64,000 bases of DNA from Octopus sinensis. Lineage: Eukaryota. Location of the stretch: the NCBI RefSeq assembly GCF_006345805.1, contig NC_042999.1, positions 49,290,001 to 49,354,000 of the forward strand. Direction: 5' to 3'. The notes under the pieces were generated by a model. It was not told the DNA's origin. It did not search any database and saw only the letters and a list, made by a program, of their open reading frames with translations. Shown here in pieces: positions 40,125 through 55,350 of this stretch. Within the stretch, counting starts at the first letter, position 1. Every line of letters begins with the position of its first letter. Made by a program: the position numbers and the translations under genes.

Positions 40125-41022
40125 TATATATATATGGATCTTTTCAATTCTGAAGCCAGGACCACAGATCTTTCTACTTAACTAAATATTCTGAAACTTC
40201 GTATGCTGATAGAGTCTAGCAAAACAAGACACAGGTTGGAACTAGTTTATTTGAGAAAAATCTATTTTATGACTTTAATCGTAGATTAAAACTGCGAATT
40301 TTAACCAATCAGATTGTTTGTTTTCATGTGTAAAACTTGACTGCATTCTATTAGTGTGACGTAGAAAGCGCTTTTGTGACGTACTAACGTTCGGAAAACT
40401 GTAAACAAACACAGAACGTAACGGCAGACGAAATACGGCTACGCATTTCGCCCGGCGTGCTAACGTTTCTGCCAGCTCTTTGCTTTTTTAATATTAAATT
40501 TCTTGCTTTTGCACAAATAAATACAATAAGTGAAATGAAACGCATTAGCTTAGAAACGAAATATTGTTAGAAGCCTCGTCACTGAGATGCCACTTCTTAA
40601 TAGCAAACGAAAGCAAGTACTAACAGAATGGAAACATTTTCAATTTAATACATGTGGCTTATTAACTAGTTTTAAATATTGTTATTAGAAGGTGGCTGAC
40701 TATAGGATCCTGGAAACATGAGTACGTTAAATAATTAGAAGGAGATTTCACGGAGACATGCGGCTTGTTTACATTTAAGATGTTTAATACGTCACCAAAT
40801 TGGTGGTCGAGACGGAGTAAATAAAATAAAGCCGAATGATGGAATATCATTGGTTAAAATTCTAATTATTAAACAACGTTAAACTTAGAAGTTACAATTC
40901 CGTTTTCATTCTGGTTTACAATTAAGTTTACTTTTGACACATTCTACCAGTATACGAAGTTTCAAATTGTTTGGTTCAGTAGGAAAAATTTGAAAAAACT
41001 GGCTTCAGAATTGAAAAGATCC

Positions 41023-41123
<101 letters not shown>

Positions 41124-41205
41124 TATGTCTGTTTGCGTGTCTGTGTCTGTGTGTGTGTTTGAAATTGTATATTTAGAATAATAAAGTACTCAGAATGTTG
41201 AATAA

Positions 41206-41242
<37 letters not shown>

Positions 41243-41843
41243 ATATTTAATAATTTACATTTTATTTACATCTTTAGCGCTCTCTTATGTTATCGGATCT
41301 ACCAAAAAGTGGTTTAAAGTTAGATTTCTCGACCTTTTTATATATGAAAAATTTTGTGGGGTTTTCCAAGCACGTGAGAAGAAAGAAGAAAATCTTTTTG
41401 AGAAGAAGGTGGCGGTGAAGAGACGTAGTAAAGAGGATGTAAAGAGATATTGGTATGGTCAGACTTGTTTGTTTAGTACTGAGTGACCTTTTAGGGTGGA
41501 GAAGGAAAAAGAATTGTTGTATTCGAATTGGTCAATGTTTTAATTGAAAAACCAGATGTTTTTGACTTTCTTCAGTAAAAATTAGAATTGCAATTCCATG
41601 TCTTGTTTCTTTATTCTTTTGTATTCATTAAATGTGGGGAGGTGTAAATCTGTGCTTTTTGATATTAGTGTGGTCAAACTTTTGTAGTAGTGAAGGTTCT
41701 TAATTGAAAAATCAGATGTTGTTTTTGACTTTCTTCAGTAACAATTATAATTACATTTCCAGGTCTTGTTTATTTAATCTTTTGTATTCATTAAAGTATA
41801 ATTGTATGGATGTGCTCAACTTTTTTGATTGAATTCTGACAAA

Positions 41844-42185
<342 letters not shown>

Positions 42186-42725
42186 GATAGGTAGTTAGAT
42201 ATGTCTACATCTTCGTTTATGCATGTAAATAATTTTACAGCAATCTATCTCAAAGTACAAGTGCACAGGCTTCTATAAACTCATCTTAGATCTGTAGTCA
42301 AAAAATGTCAATTTATATCAAGGCTAATGAAGCCAAAACTATGATTTGACATTTTCGTTTTTCTTCCAAAGGTGATCCAGTAAAATGAACGTTCTCGTAG
42401 CTTAAGCTTCAAAGAATATGACAATATCTCAAAGCCAAAGAGCATGCCATAAAAAAAGTACTGTTTGAATATAAAAAAAAGCAAACACAACGGCAAAACG
42501 ACAGAGGAAATGTAAAAATGGAGAAAGTCAGAGATTGAATAATGTAAAGAGAATGAAACGGCATCGTATTCAATAAAATATCAGTAAATCATAATTACCA
42601 TTGTTTTATGAAATAACTCATACTGTTACTTCTACGTCTACTTCAACAGTACCAACGATAACAGTAATAATAATAATAATAATAATAATGATAATAATAA
42701 TAATATAATAATAATAATAATAATA

Positions 42726-42780
<55 letters not shown>

Positions 42781-42784
<4 letters not shown>

Positions 42785-43339
42785 GCCCTGATGCAGTACC
42801 AGGCAGTGGCTCTCATGGCTTCTGATCTTAACTGATTGGAAGTGTTATCATGTACATTGTTTTGTCTTGGTATAAAAGATGGGCTACAGCAAATATTCTG
42901 CTCAATACCACAGATTTGCTTGTCAGTTGTTTGACCTTAACCAGTTGAGCATGTCCCTTAGTGGCTGACGATATGTGCATCTCTGATCACGAGCAGAAGT
43001 AGTGGGGGAGCATCATAGCCATGTGTTGAGAGGGATTCTTTGGGGTTTGAATAGTTCACCTCTGGAAACATGGGTGGTTCTTTCAACATCCTTAAACAAC
43101 CCTTATTCAGGGACCGTTTGAGCGGGATGGGCTACTCAACCTGAAGAAAATTCTAACTGGGCCCCACCTGCAAGGTCATGTGCTGTTTATCTTGATATAA
43201 GATCACCATGTCGCGCACATATGGTTGTGATGCATGTGCCTGGTGTACCTTTATCAGACGGGTAGTCATGATGGGTATATTGGGCTTAGTATATTTTACC
43301 CCAGTGTCACTTTGATGGCATGAACTGCTCTCTCACTCA
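42781..43339 (+). mobile_element. Non-coding element of about 550 bp inserted in (TAA)n, copy 2
   Basis: Reverse complement of 39025-39572 with scattered substitutions and one short indel. Confidence 0.85.
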
Positions 43340-43361
43340 ATAATAATAATAATAATAAAAT

Positions 43362-43409
<48 letters not shown>

Positions 43410-43449
43410 GATGATAATAATAATGATGATAAAAATAATAATAATAATA

Positions 43450-43491
<42 letters not shown>

Positions 43492-43569
43492 TATTATTAT
43501 TATTATTATTATTATTTTATAATAATAATAATAATAAAATAATAATGATAATGATAATAATAAAAATAA

Positions 43570-43615
<46 letters not shown>

Positions 43616-43629
43616 TAATAATAATAATA

Positions 43630-44150
43630 TGCATTCATTTATTAGCCACATAGGCTCACAGTAATGCAACATTACAATGAACTTTAAGTAGGGTTTGAAT
43701 GTCGTGTGGCGTGGGATAAAAGCAGTTGTTCGAAGACAACAGGAGGCGTAAAAGCTGGTTTACGACTAAAATAGGGAGAAAATTGTAATTTCTGAAATAT
43801 TTAAGTCATAAACCTAATGTAAAATAAAACATGCAATAATTAAAATAATGTATAATTAAAGGATATAAAACTTGAAAAGAATTATGGATTCTCAAACATA
43901 TATGGAGGAGAAAGTAGTTGGCTTGATCGGGAATATGGTAATCGATACTGAAAAGGTAATCAAGACTAAAGGTCAGAAACTGGCTAAGGTCACCAGCCTG
44001 CATTCGCTTTCCGGCCAAAGGAAGGCGGCGGAACGATCTTCATGATGGACTCGGCTGAAAGCCGGATCTAATCTACATGTGACAGCAGGTGTTCGATATA
44101 AACCCACAAGTCAACAATACGCGCGCACTAGATCAGTGTGTGCAGACCAG
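43630..44150 (-). mobile_element. Decayed LINE 3' fragment (L2/Crack-like)
   Basis: Weak peptide similarity (SIILFKFYI); ends aataaatgaatgcat next to an (ATT)n tract. Confidence 0.3.
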
Positions 44151-44809
44151 TTTCAGCCCTTCAGTTAAGTGGAAGTTGATTTTGATTCAAAATCAGCAAA
44201 CTTTAGTTAATTGGTAAGTCAATTACATTAACTACCAGCGTTTGAATTGTGTTTGATATAATCGACTCCGGAGAGATGAAAGTAAAGTTCATCTCTTCGG
44301 GATTTAGACTCAGAATATAAATAGCTAGAATAAATTACACAAAGCTTTATTTCCTACGCTATGTACAGTTCAGCTAGTGGGCAATTTTAGTCTAGTGGGG
44401 TTAGTCTTTTCAGTACTTGAATAATACTTTATTTTAAAGCCTCGAGGATGGGGTAAAAGTCAAACTGGCCTATGGCGGAATTTCAACTCGCAGATGACCG
44501 TAACTAAATAACGAAAGACATTTTGTGTGATGATTTTGAGAGAAATATACCGAGAATGTCAATATTAAGGAGAAGGAAATAATGAACTGAATCGGTCCCA
44601 GTACTGTGGTCGTTATTTTATGTTTTTCAGGTCCTTAACAATGCACAGCAAACTCGAAGCTAAAATGGTTTGAACTTACAATATATGGAAGGTACCTCAA
44701 TAAAGCAGAAATCTTTTTTCGACCCTGTAGAACTGCTGCTTTTTTAAATATCATAAACAACCTATTGTCAACAACTGAAATGTGAAAATATATTCTCCTT
44801 TCCCCCACC

Positions 44810-45293
44810 AGAAACATCATCATCCTCATCGTTATCATCATCATCATCATTTTGTTTTTAGGTTTCAGCTCAGAGCTGCGGCCATGGTGAGCACCGGCGT
44901 TATCATCATCACAAACATCATCATTATTATAGTCATTGTCGACATCGTTCTTATTATTGACATCATCATTTTAATCTTTATCATAATCATCATTACCATA
45001 TCATCATCATCGTCATCGTCGTCGTCGTTGTCGTCATCATCATCACCATTATCATCATTATTACCCTCATCCTCACCCCCATCGCTATCTTCACCATTAT
45101 CATCGTCATCCTTATCATTGACATCATCATTCTGATTGTCATCGTTATCATTGACATCATCATTTTAATCTCAACATCTCATAGTCTTATAATCATCATT
45201 ATCATAATCGCTACCATCGTCGTTGTCGTCGTCGTCATCATCATCATCATCATTTTCTCACATCATCGTTATCACCACTAACATCAACCTTAC

Positions 45294-45348
<55 letters not shown>

Positions 45349-45365
45349 GTCATCGTCATCGTCTT
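44810..45365. repeat. Degenerate (CAT)/(CGT)n low-complexity tract
   Basis: Direct reading of the sequence. Confidence 0.9.
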
Positions 45366-45779
45366 CATAATGTTGATATACCTTATTGTAAAGAACACCA
45401 AAACTCACAATAGATAAAAACGATAACTCCCACTATATTCAACATCAGTAAAATTATTTTCTACCACAACAATAGCTTTCACTTCAGTATTCTCTAATAA
45501 ATTTTCAAACTACTGTAGTCAAAGCTGTGCAGTAATTGTCATAGATTCCATTCCACGAATTATTCCATAGAAACATGAGAAAGGATTTCTGTCAAAATAA
45601 ATATAAATTGCTTACGAGTTATTAAAACGTAAAACGACAAAAGGGCCAAGATTACCGAAATAACATCCGTACACAAAACATAAACACGCAAGGATACAAA
45701 CGTGAACATATATATATATATATATATATACTTACCCACACACGCGCACACACGCACACATGTATAACAGATATATATT

Positions 45780-45820
45780 ATATATACACACACATACACA
45801 GACATATATATAATATAATA

Positions 45821-45868
<48 letters not shown>

Positions 45869-46064
45869 TGTATACGCACACATCTCTTTATAAGATATAT
45901 GTATATATGTATATATATATATATATGTATGCATTTATGTATATATTATATATATATATATTATATATATATATATATGTATATATACATTGTATACGCA
46001 CACATCTCTTTATAAGAATATATGTATATATGTATATATATATATATATATATGTATGCATTTA

Positions 46065-46110
<46 letters not shown>

Positions 46111-46135
46111 ATATATATATATATATATATGTATT
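45780..46135. repeat. TA-rich tract with a tandem unit of about 125 bp
   Basis: tatatacattgtatacgcacacatctctttataag occurs twice. Confidence 0.8.
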
Positions 46136-46643
46136 ATCTAATACAGGAAACGACAAAATCCATTTCTCCTTTCCTTAGAATCCATTGAATCTAAGCAGTA
46201 TTTTGATACGATTACACCACACACACATCACAGAGACACACACACACATACACATTCACACACACACACACAAACATATATATATACCATCATACACATA
46301 CATACGTATATGCATATATTCTGATATTCATTCATATATAGATATATTTACATGTTTATGTATTTTTGGCAAAAATAGATTCCTTTTAGAAATAATAAAA
46401 GAGAAGATGCAAGCAAACCAATGTACATAAAATATGGAGAGGGAAGCGGAATCTAGATGTCGTCTCTAATGTAATTTGTTGTATGTTAGAACCCCTACTT
46501 TTCAGAAAAGCTAAAAGACATCAAAGTTCAAATAATACTTAAGCTTGTTGGACAGGTTTCAAAATTAAGTTGCCAATCAAGACAGAGTTTTCGCCGAAAA
46601 CTAAATAATGTTGATCACAACGACGACGACGACGACGACAAGG

Positions 46644-46685
<42 letters not shown>

Positions 46686-46939
46686 CAACAACAACAACAA
46701 ACGCTCTAAAAGTAAGAAATGAAACAACAAAGTCAAGAATATCAAGAAATTTATAAAAAAAAAAGAAAAAAGAAATCGGCGACGGGAGAAATGGTATTAG
46801 ACAACATCATTACAAACAAGAAAAACAGGAAAAATATAAAAAATAATATATTCAAAATATGAAAATATATTCAAGATATAAACAGTCAGCCAGACAGACA
46901 GACGAACAGACAGATAGATCTTGAATATAATTCAATACA

Positions 46940-46966
46940 TATATATATACATAGATAGATACATAC

Positions 46967-47022
<56 letters not shown>

Positions 47023-47077
47023 TATACATATATATATAAATACATATACATATGTAAATACACACACACACACAAAC

Positions 47078-47128
<51 letters not shown>

Positions 47129-47132
47129 TTAT

Positions 47133-47170
<38 letters not shown>

Positions 47171-47228
47171 CACCATACATATATATATATAAATACATAT
47201 ACATATGTAAACATACACACATACACAC

Positions 47229-47295
<67 letters not shown>

Positions 47296-47340
47296 CATAT
47301 ATATATGTTAACACATATATACATACACACATATTTGTGT
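46940..47340. repeat. TA/CA compound microsatellite with internal duplication
   Basis: aaatacatatacatatgtaaa unit occurs twice. Confidence 0.85.
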
Positions 47341-47891
47341 CTGTGTGTGTACGCGCGCGTGTATGCTTGTGTATAATATTCGTGTTTATATTTTCGGAAT
47401 TGTTCAATTTTCCTATCGTCTCTCCTTCTCAGTCCTTCAACGTAGCTTGTTAGCCATCTATTTAGCCTAAATTTACTGGGGGTCATTAGCTTCTACTTAA
47501 GACAAGAGTACTTTCTATTAGATGGGCACCAACTAATAGAGCTGTCAGAGGGTCAACAGAAAATGTCACGTTTATCGACAACAAATGTTTCCAATAATAC
47601 TGTAATTATAGTAATACGATGCTCTCGAGTTGATGGCGATGTCAGCAGAACATTGTTTTGATGAAATCGGAGATGAGTTGTATATTCAGCATATTCGTCC
47701 CGTAAAATCAACGTTTTAGTTTAACATCGGAGCTTATTCTCAAAACTATTTTCTCTAAAAGAGGTAACAAGATATAAATCAATTGAATATATTATTCACA
47801 ATGTAACGCCAGCACATTGAATGATCATTAAGGAATTGTATCGCACACTTACACCTACACACAAACAACCCTTTCTATCATTCCCTCTGTC

Positions 47892-47957
<66 letters not shown>

Positions 47958-47967
47958 TTTATTTCAG

Positions 47968-48290
47968 CAGTGGTTAGAGCGTCGAGCTTACGATCGCGAG
48001 GTTGTGAGTTCGAATCCCGGACCGGGCTGCGTGTTGTGTTATTGAGCAAGACACTTTATTTCATGTTCCACCAGTTCGCTCAACTATAGAAATGAGTTGC
48101 GACGTCACAGGTGCCAAGCTGTATCTGCTGTTGCCTTTCCCTTGGATAACACTAGTGGCGTGGAGAGGGAAAGCTGGTATGCATAGGCGACTGCCGGTCT
48201 TCCATAAACAACCTTGCCCGGACTTGTGCCTGGGTGTGGTAACTTTCTAGGTGCAATCCTATGGTCAGTCATGACCAAAGGGGGTCTCAG
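47968..48290 (+). mobile_element. tRNA-head SINE (head B-like, tail V)
   Basis: B box gagttcgaatccc, core gagcaagacactttatttca, tail gtcatgaccaaagggggtctc. Confidence 0.8.
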
Positions 48291-49119
48291 CAGCATAGGT
48301 AACATGTCATATGTGTGTGCATCATTTGATATGTGTGTGTATCATTTGATATACACAATTCACAAAAGAACTAACACTTCCATGATTTAGAGATATAATA
48401 AATTGGTAGGTTTATGTAAAGTGCCAGATATGTTCAACCAATCTTTCAGGTTCAGTGCTTGAAGATACATGGCATATTAACTATATATGTGTGTGGGGGG
48501 CGTGTGTGTATGCATATATGTGTGTATTCACATACCTACGTACATGCACATACACATATACATTCTCACGCACATACACACTCATATATACATTATCATG
48601 AGGAACCTGAATTGCAGAAAAGAAAAGTGATAACTGTCGGAATCACCAGAGAGTCGAATAGGCAGTGAACTGGCAGAGACGTTAGCTCGTCGGGCGAAAT
48701 GATTAGCGGTATTACGTCTGCCGCTACGTTCTGAGTTCTAATTCCGCTGAGTTTGACTTTGCCTTTCATCCTTTCGGAGTCGAGAACTTAAGTACCAGTT
48801 TCGTACTGGGGTCCATCTAATCGACTTGTCACCTCCCCCAAAATTTGGGATTCTTGTGCCTAGAGTAAAAAAGAACATAGGAATGATTTCGATCGACTTT
48901 GAGTTTTAATACTGCCAATGTTTAAAAATGTATCAAGTGCGATGGGTTTGCGAATTGGCGAAATTGTTGGAGTTCCAAACAGTGTCTATTCCAATTGCTG
49001 TTTCTGTTCTAATTTTCAAAGTCCTAAATTAAATTCCCTGGAAGGTAGGTGTGACTAGACACAACCACCTGAATTCAAGAGTGCTATATACAAACCCTGA
49101 CTGACCTTTCTTGACCTTC

Positions 49120-50143
49120 TTTGACACGTAATGGTTCGCGGTCCGACGTCTCCACTGCGAGCAGTGGCGTGCCTCAAGGTTCAGTGCTTGGGCCCTTGTT
49201 GTTCTTAGTCTTCATAAATGACTTGCCCGACGACCTCACGCAACACACCCTTCTATTTGCCGACGATATCAAACTGGTCGCTCCTCGCGGTAATATAGAG
49301 GATCTTCGTCGATGCCTCCACCAAATTTGGAAGTGGTCAAACGATTGGGACCTGTGTCTGAACGTGTCAAAGTGCTGTCATCTGCCTGTCGGCTCTACTC
49401 CTGTAACTCAACTTGATTTCGAGCCGGGTCGTCTGCTGCTGGAGAGGACCGATCAGGTAAAGGACCTAGGTATCTTGGTGGATTCCTCCTTTTCGCCTTC
49501 GGCCCAGTGCGTCCATGCTGCCAATAAAGCGCGCGGAATTCTGTTTTTGATTCGACGGTCATTCGGAATGCTCACAGCAGCCATATTCTACCACTCTATG
49601 TCACGCTGGTGAGACCCATATTGGAGTATGGGATTCAAGCCTCTTCTCCTTATCTCCTCAAAAATATACAGCACCTCGAAAGAGTCCAGAGGCTGGCTAC
49701 CCGCATGGTTCATGGTCTCAAAAATTTGTCCTACGAAGAAAGGCTGAGGACGCTCGACCTTTGTTCTCTTGAAAAACGCCGCCGCCGTGGTGATCTCATT
49801 ATCGCCCACAACATCATAAGCGGGACGTGTAACCTCTCGAAAGAGCTGTTCTTCACTCCTGCTCCGGAGCGTCGGCTGCGGGGTCATTCCGAAAAGCTCT
49901 AGCTGCGACGATTTCATCTCAATCGAAGGAGAGGAGCTTTCTCCGTCCGGGTTGCGGATCCGTGGAACAAGCTGCCAGACGAGATGGTGATTATGCCGAC
50001 GACCGCTTTGTTCAAAGCCTCCCTGGACCTCAAGTGGCCTGAACTCTTTACATGAACACCACCCTGTACTTAACTCCATGTCCCCCTACATGGCCTTGCT
50101 ATTTGCTTTTGAGCCAAATTAACTAACTAACTAACTAACTAAC
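49120..50143 (+). mobile_element. 5'-truncated CR1/L2-type LINE with near-intact RT C-terminus, 3' UTR and (AACT)n tail
   Basis: SGVPQGSVLGPLLF, FADDIKL, DLGILVD, RPILEYG, SYEERL..LEKRRRRGDLI; one frameshift near 49587 and one stop at 49900-49902. Confidence 0.93.
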
Positions 50144-51382
50144 GTAGCCCTACAGCGAGGATAAAAAATGCCGATTAATGCTAATTATAACATGAGTATT
50201 TTATCCAATAGTTGATCGAAAATGCTAAACTGAATCCTCCAAAATGTCATTATATTAAATATCAATGAGACACTCATTACACTCTAAAAGACAGGAGGTT
50301 GTATTTTGTTCATAAAACGACGTCATCTAAATGATTTTTTTTAGATACCTAACCGTGTACACTCTCTACCCATAGCCACTTTTCTTCTCTCTGTGAAACA
50401 CATTGTATTTCCCTATCCAAATCGAAATACGTTTTCCAGTTCTCTCTTTTCATTTCCGTACACCCTATGATTTCATGATTTTTTATCTGCATCAGAGGCC
50501 TAAAAATACTCAAATTGAATACTGATTAGATCAATGATGTAATATTTGAAGGGTTTCTTCAGGAACATTATTCGATTCTTGTATTGGCTCTTTATTGATC
50601 TCGAAAAGTTAAAAAAAACTGAAGTGGGTGATATTTGAACTCAGAAGTCTAAACTACAAGGTATTTTGCACAATGCATTAACAATTGTCATTCTACAACC
50701 TTCTAAATAACTATTTCTGATATATGGAAATGAATACCCAAAAATATATGCGGAGCTAAGTCACTTAAATCGACACTGAACTCAGGTAAAACGTTGTTTT
50801 CCGGATCTCACAAGCATAGATGTTGATCTTCGCAGGATTTGAAACCAGAACTGAAATAAATTTTATTAAGACTAACTAAAGGCTCTTCGAACCTACAGCT
50901 GTTTGTCTCTAAAATACACACAAGACCAGAGATCAGGGAATGAAGTACTTGTACGATTTTATATTTACTTAATCCCGGAAAGGCTTAAATAGAAATTAAC
51001 CTTGGCGAGATTTGGCTGCAGAATGTAAAGAGCGGAACATCCACCGTTCTACATAGTAATAATTGTATCAATAATACTTGAAATGCTGGTTGTGAAAAGA
51101 CTTTGTAATATGTGATGAAATATTGAATTATTATCGGGAGTGTCAGTTAATATTTTCTATAACTTTTTTCTTGTTTTTGCTTTATGAGCGATATCAAAAT
51201 AAAATTTATGAGTAGGATATGGCCGTTAAGTGAATATTTTTCGTATTGGTTATTGAACTAAAACCATAACTGGATGTTAGGCATAAAAATTATGAAAAAA
51301 GGAAAACGGAAATGTAAAAATCAATGATCAATTTATAATAATATAGATTGCCTCAGTTGACGTTCAAAGTTGATAAAATTGA

Positions 51383-51448
<66 letters not shown>

Positions 51449-53069
51449 ATGTATTTAGGTGTGTATGTATCTATGCATATATGTATATATATTTATCGAT
51501 GTACAGATGCATGCATATGCGTTTGTTGTATATATATATACATACATACATACATTAACATGCATAGTTAGGTAGATTTATGTATATACATATATATGTG
51601 TATGAGTTTGATGTGTGTATATATATATGTGTGTGTGTAGGTGGGTATACATACATATATTAATTTACACATATGTATGCATGCATAAAGTTCTTAGGAT
51701 GAGGACAAATATAGCCTAAAGGGCATTTTAATAAAATTACATGGAAATTGTGGAGTCTAATAAGGAAAACAATTTGAAATATATATGCGTATGTATCTGT
51801 GTGTGCCTGTATATGTGTGTGTGTGTGTGTGCGAGCATGCGTGTATGTATATATGTATATTTACTTTCCAATGTGTACAAATACTACCCAAATTTTAAAT
51901 GTTTGTTTACAGTGAAAAAATATGTTGCTTTCACATGTACACAATTTAATTCTGCTTTCACTGTAGTTTTCGCAGAAATAGGCGTATAACGACTGATATG
52001 TTATATTACTAACCCTCTACGTTCCTATTGCTAATAGCAATGTGATCTACATTTTTTCTTATATATTGAAGATTGAAGACGTAACACATATATGAAAACT
52101 CGGAGTATAGTTTTGAACATTTTCACTGTATACACCTTTAAAAGCATAGGGTGCTGTTACTAAAATAACGAAGAGACATTTAACTAAATTTATTCGAACT
52201 GTTGAGCAGTGCGGACAATATTGAAGCCATCGTTTTCATGTAATATAACTTTAGTATCTAACCTTGATATAAGTTATGCGTCTCCAGGCTGCACTTTTAT
52301 GATTAGTTGAACATAAAAATACCAAGAACAATTTTCCAATGCGACTGCTTTTCGAAAGAAACCGTATACTCCGTCTCTGTAGCATTACATTTTTCAAAGT
52401 CTAATTTATAACCTCATTAAATGCACCAATCTATTAATAAGATATATAAGAGATGGTCAAAAACATAGACGTAGGATTGGCTCAGTATACATGCATCACA
52501 TAAAAAAGTTCTCTTTACAGTAAGGGTAGTACGAGAATACAAAGTAGCAAGTTAAACGAGCAGACTAAAATGTTGACACTCCACGCAGAGGCCTCAATTA
52601 AGACTTTACAACTTGGTTGGATCTAGACCTATACAATCAATACGTATTTTAACTTAAGATAATAAATGTTTTAATTATGTATGCAATTATATTTCAAGAT
52701 GCTGCATTCTTGCACATAGAAGATTTTAAATGACATTTCCACGAGAAGACAGATCTTTGATCTTAGTGTATTGACATATATGACATATTTTATGGAATAT
52801 TTCCATTTTTTTTTTTAGCTTTTTCCTCAAACAAGCTGCCGCTAGCATTTTTACTTATAAATCATAAGTCCACCACTTACCTATTTTCTCGTATTTAGTC
52901 AACTTTAAAACAGAAACTAGAACACTACAGTAGTAGAATAATACATGAAACTTCAGATCACTTTCATACTTTACATGATACATCTTCCATCATTTCAGTC
53001 GTGTCGGATGACATATAATTCTTATCAGGAGAGAAAAGAACTACTTCAGTGTATTTATGATTCCCAGAA

Positions 53070-53909
53070 GAGGGTCCATAGTTTTCATCAGACTAGATTT
53101 CAGGTAAAGATTTAAGAATGACAATCCTGTTATAGGACTTACTACTTCTGTATAATTTGGACATATACTTTGGGTTATTGTTTTTAGTCACAGGGAAGAC
53201 ATTGTCCATACCTCAATATAAATCCAACGAATCTGGCGTGAGGGTGTCAAGAAGATGTCTTTAAATTGGTGACCTGGTCCGAAAGATTGCAGCAAAGTGG
53301 GCCCCGCTAAAAGCACAAGACCCAAATTGCTGGGTACCGCAACACAAATTTTATCTTAACTACCATAATCTTTGTAGGTGGTAAATTGACAATTTTTTTT
53401 GTATAATGCCGCAAGCTGTTTGTTCTGATTTTTGCATTCTGATTTCAAATTCTGCCATGGTTATCTTTGCGTTCCATTTGTGTGTCGGAGTGGTCAATAA
53501 AATGTGCCAATTTAGGGCGAAGGACTGCCGGAAATGTAAAAACCAATCGCACAGGATGATTTTCAGTGTTTGTTCCTGCTCTTTACGTTGTGAGTTCAAG
53601 TCACACCATGGTCTAAGGGGCGGCGGGCATGTTTAATTTGGCATCGAGTCTAATACCAACACCTGGCAATTTGGCTCCTTGCTTTTAGTGGGGCCCACTT
53701 TGTTGCAATCTTTCGGACCAGGTCACCAATTTAAAGATATCTTCTTGACACCCTCACGCCAGATTCGTTGGCTTTATAATGAGGTATGTGACTAAAAACA
53801 ATAACCCAATGTATATGTCCGAATTATACAGAAGTAGTGAGTCCTATAACAGGATTGTCATTATTAAATCTTTACCTGAAATCTAGTCTCATGAAAACTA
53901 TGGACCCTC
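53070..53909. repeat. Long inverted repeat / foldback structure
   Basis: Arms 53070-53335 and 53661-53909, spacer about 325 bp, termini GAGGG...CCCTC. Confidence 0.9.
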
Positions 53910-55170
53910 AAGGCATAGGAAATTCATTATGTTGAGCTGGACACTTCCTCTGACACACAAATTATTTTAAACTAGATGAATATTCATGAGATGAGATAGT
54001 TGACTAAGTGATTTGCATTCTAAATTATGCCCCTGAAAACATATTTCAAATCTAATACAACTTTTAATATAATGAAATTATTTTTTTAAAGATCACCGGC
54101 TGGTTTTTTTTTATATAAAAACACATTAATAATAGTAATTCACCGAAAGAAACGATAAATGTTTGCTTCTAAATATTTCTTCATAATCAAATGGAGTATT
54201 GAAAATATATATTACAAATAATAAGCACTTAAAAGGAATAGCTATGAAAAGAATATAAAGTGTTTATTTTGTTTATAGCATACATTTTATTAGTTTCTGT
54301 GCATATGTGTGATATGTGTGTATGTATGTATGTATTTTTGTATGTATGTTTGATTGTTGATATGTGTGTGCGTGTGCGTGTTGTATGTTTCTAGGTGTGT
54401 GTATGAAATGTTGCAAATGATATAAAAATTAGTCTTAATTGCATCTAATAAATGAAGGATAAGTATGACAGTCAGAGTAAGAGATTGATGTAGCATATGG
54501 CGTATATATCTACTAAAATAGAACTAACTGTGCTGATTTGATTGTTCTTTTACATTCACTTTATGGTATTTGTTTTGAATACTAAGAAGAAATCACATGG
54601 TCCATCTGTTTCAAGTTCCCGTTCCCTGTCGTAGTAAAAACAGAATATTACAAATAATTATCTTTACTACATTATAATATACACACAACAATATGTAACA
54701 GCTGGGCTAGTTTAATAAATAGACATACAACTAACTGTAAGTCTACAACTGCGATTCCGTTTTGCTAACATGCACTAACAAGAGCTCAGTCAGTCAAATC
54801 TGAAATATCTGAGTGCGCATATGGCTAGAAAGTGTTCCAGTAAGGAACTAATAGTACAATAGTAAACCACACCAGTGTACTGTGAAACTCATTAGAACGT
54901 ACATCATTAGAATATAGTACAATTTAAAAGTGAAATTTAGTATGATTTAAGACAAGGATATGCTATATGTAAGAAACTAATAGTAGAGTGGCATCAACAG
55001 CAGAACATTTCAAGTGATTGCTATCATTAAAATACTTCAAGTAGGATTGTTTCAATTCACAAAGTGCTAGCCAAGTTTATACATGTGTGTGTTTATATGT
55101 CTTTGATCGCCTGTACTATGTATATATGTGAATACATATTAATATTCAAATATATATAGTTAATCTAATC

Positions 55171-55350
55171 ATGAACAAAGAGAAAACGCAACAACGTGAG
55201 GACGTGGAACAAGTATTGTGTTATTGGACGCTCAGGAAACGAAAGAAGGAAGGAGGATTTAAAGTTTCGAGCGGAGCTCTTCGTCAGAGACATAGAAAAA
55301 GGAGAGGTTCAAGGAAGGGAAGGCGGAGAAAGAAAATCGCCAACGATACA
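55171..55350 (-). mobile_element. Short HHR-bearing repeat (family H), copy 2
   Basis: Minus strand gtctCUGACGAagagctccgctcGAAActttaaat at 55257-55291. Confidence 0.75.

Noticed and set aside
41260-41830. Strand-biased segment with a diverged duplication of about 95 bp, possibly a Penelope N-terminal relic
   Set aside because: No diagnostic motif could be read.
42781-42860. HDV-like ribozyme at the 5' end of the 550-bp element
   Set aside because: Only a simple hairpin is found; no nested double pseudoknot or L3 consensus could be built by hand.
47380-47450. Minus-strand ctgagaag ... hairpin ... ccGAAA
   Set aside because: Core spacing and stem III/stem I pairing cannot be satisfied.
49588-50079. 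163-aa minus-strand ORF
   Set aside because: Antisense of the GC-rich CR1/L2 coding region.
54560-54840. Short exon-like pieces (ERELETDGPCDFF minus; ELSQSNLKYLSAHMARKCS plus)
   Set aside because: Weak splice sites, no homology, and no consistent phase chain.
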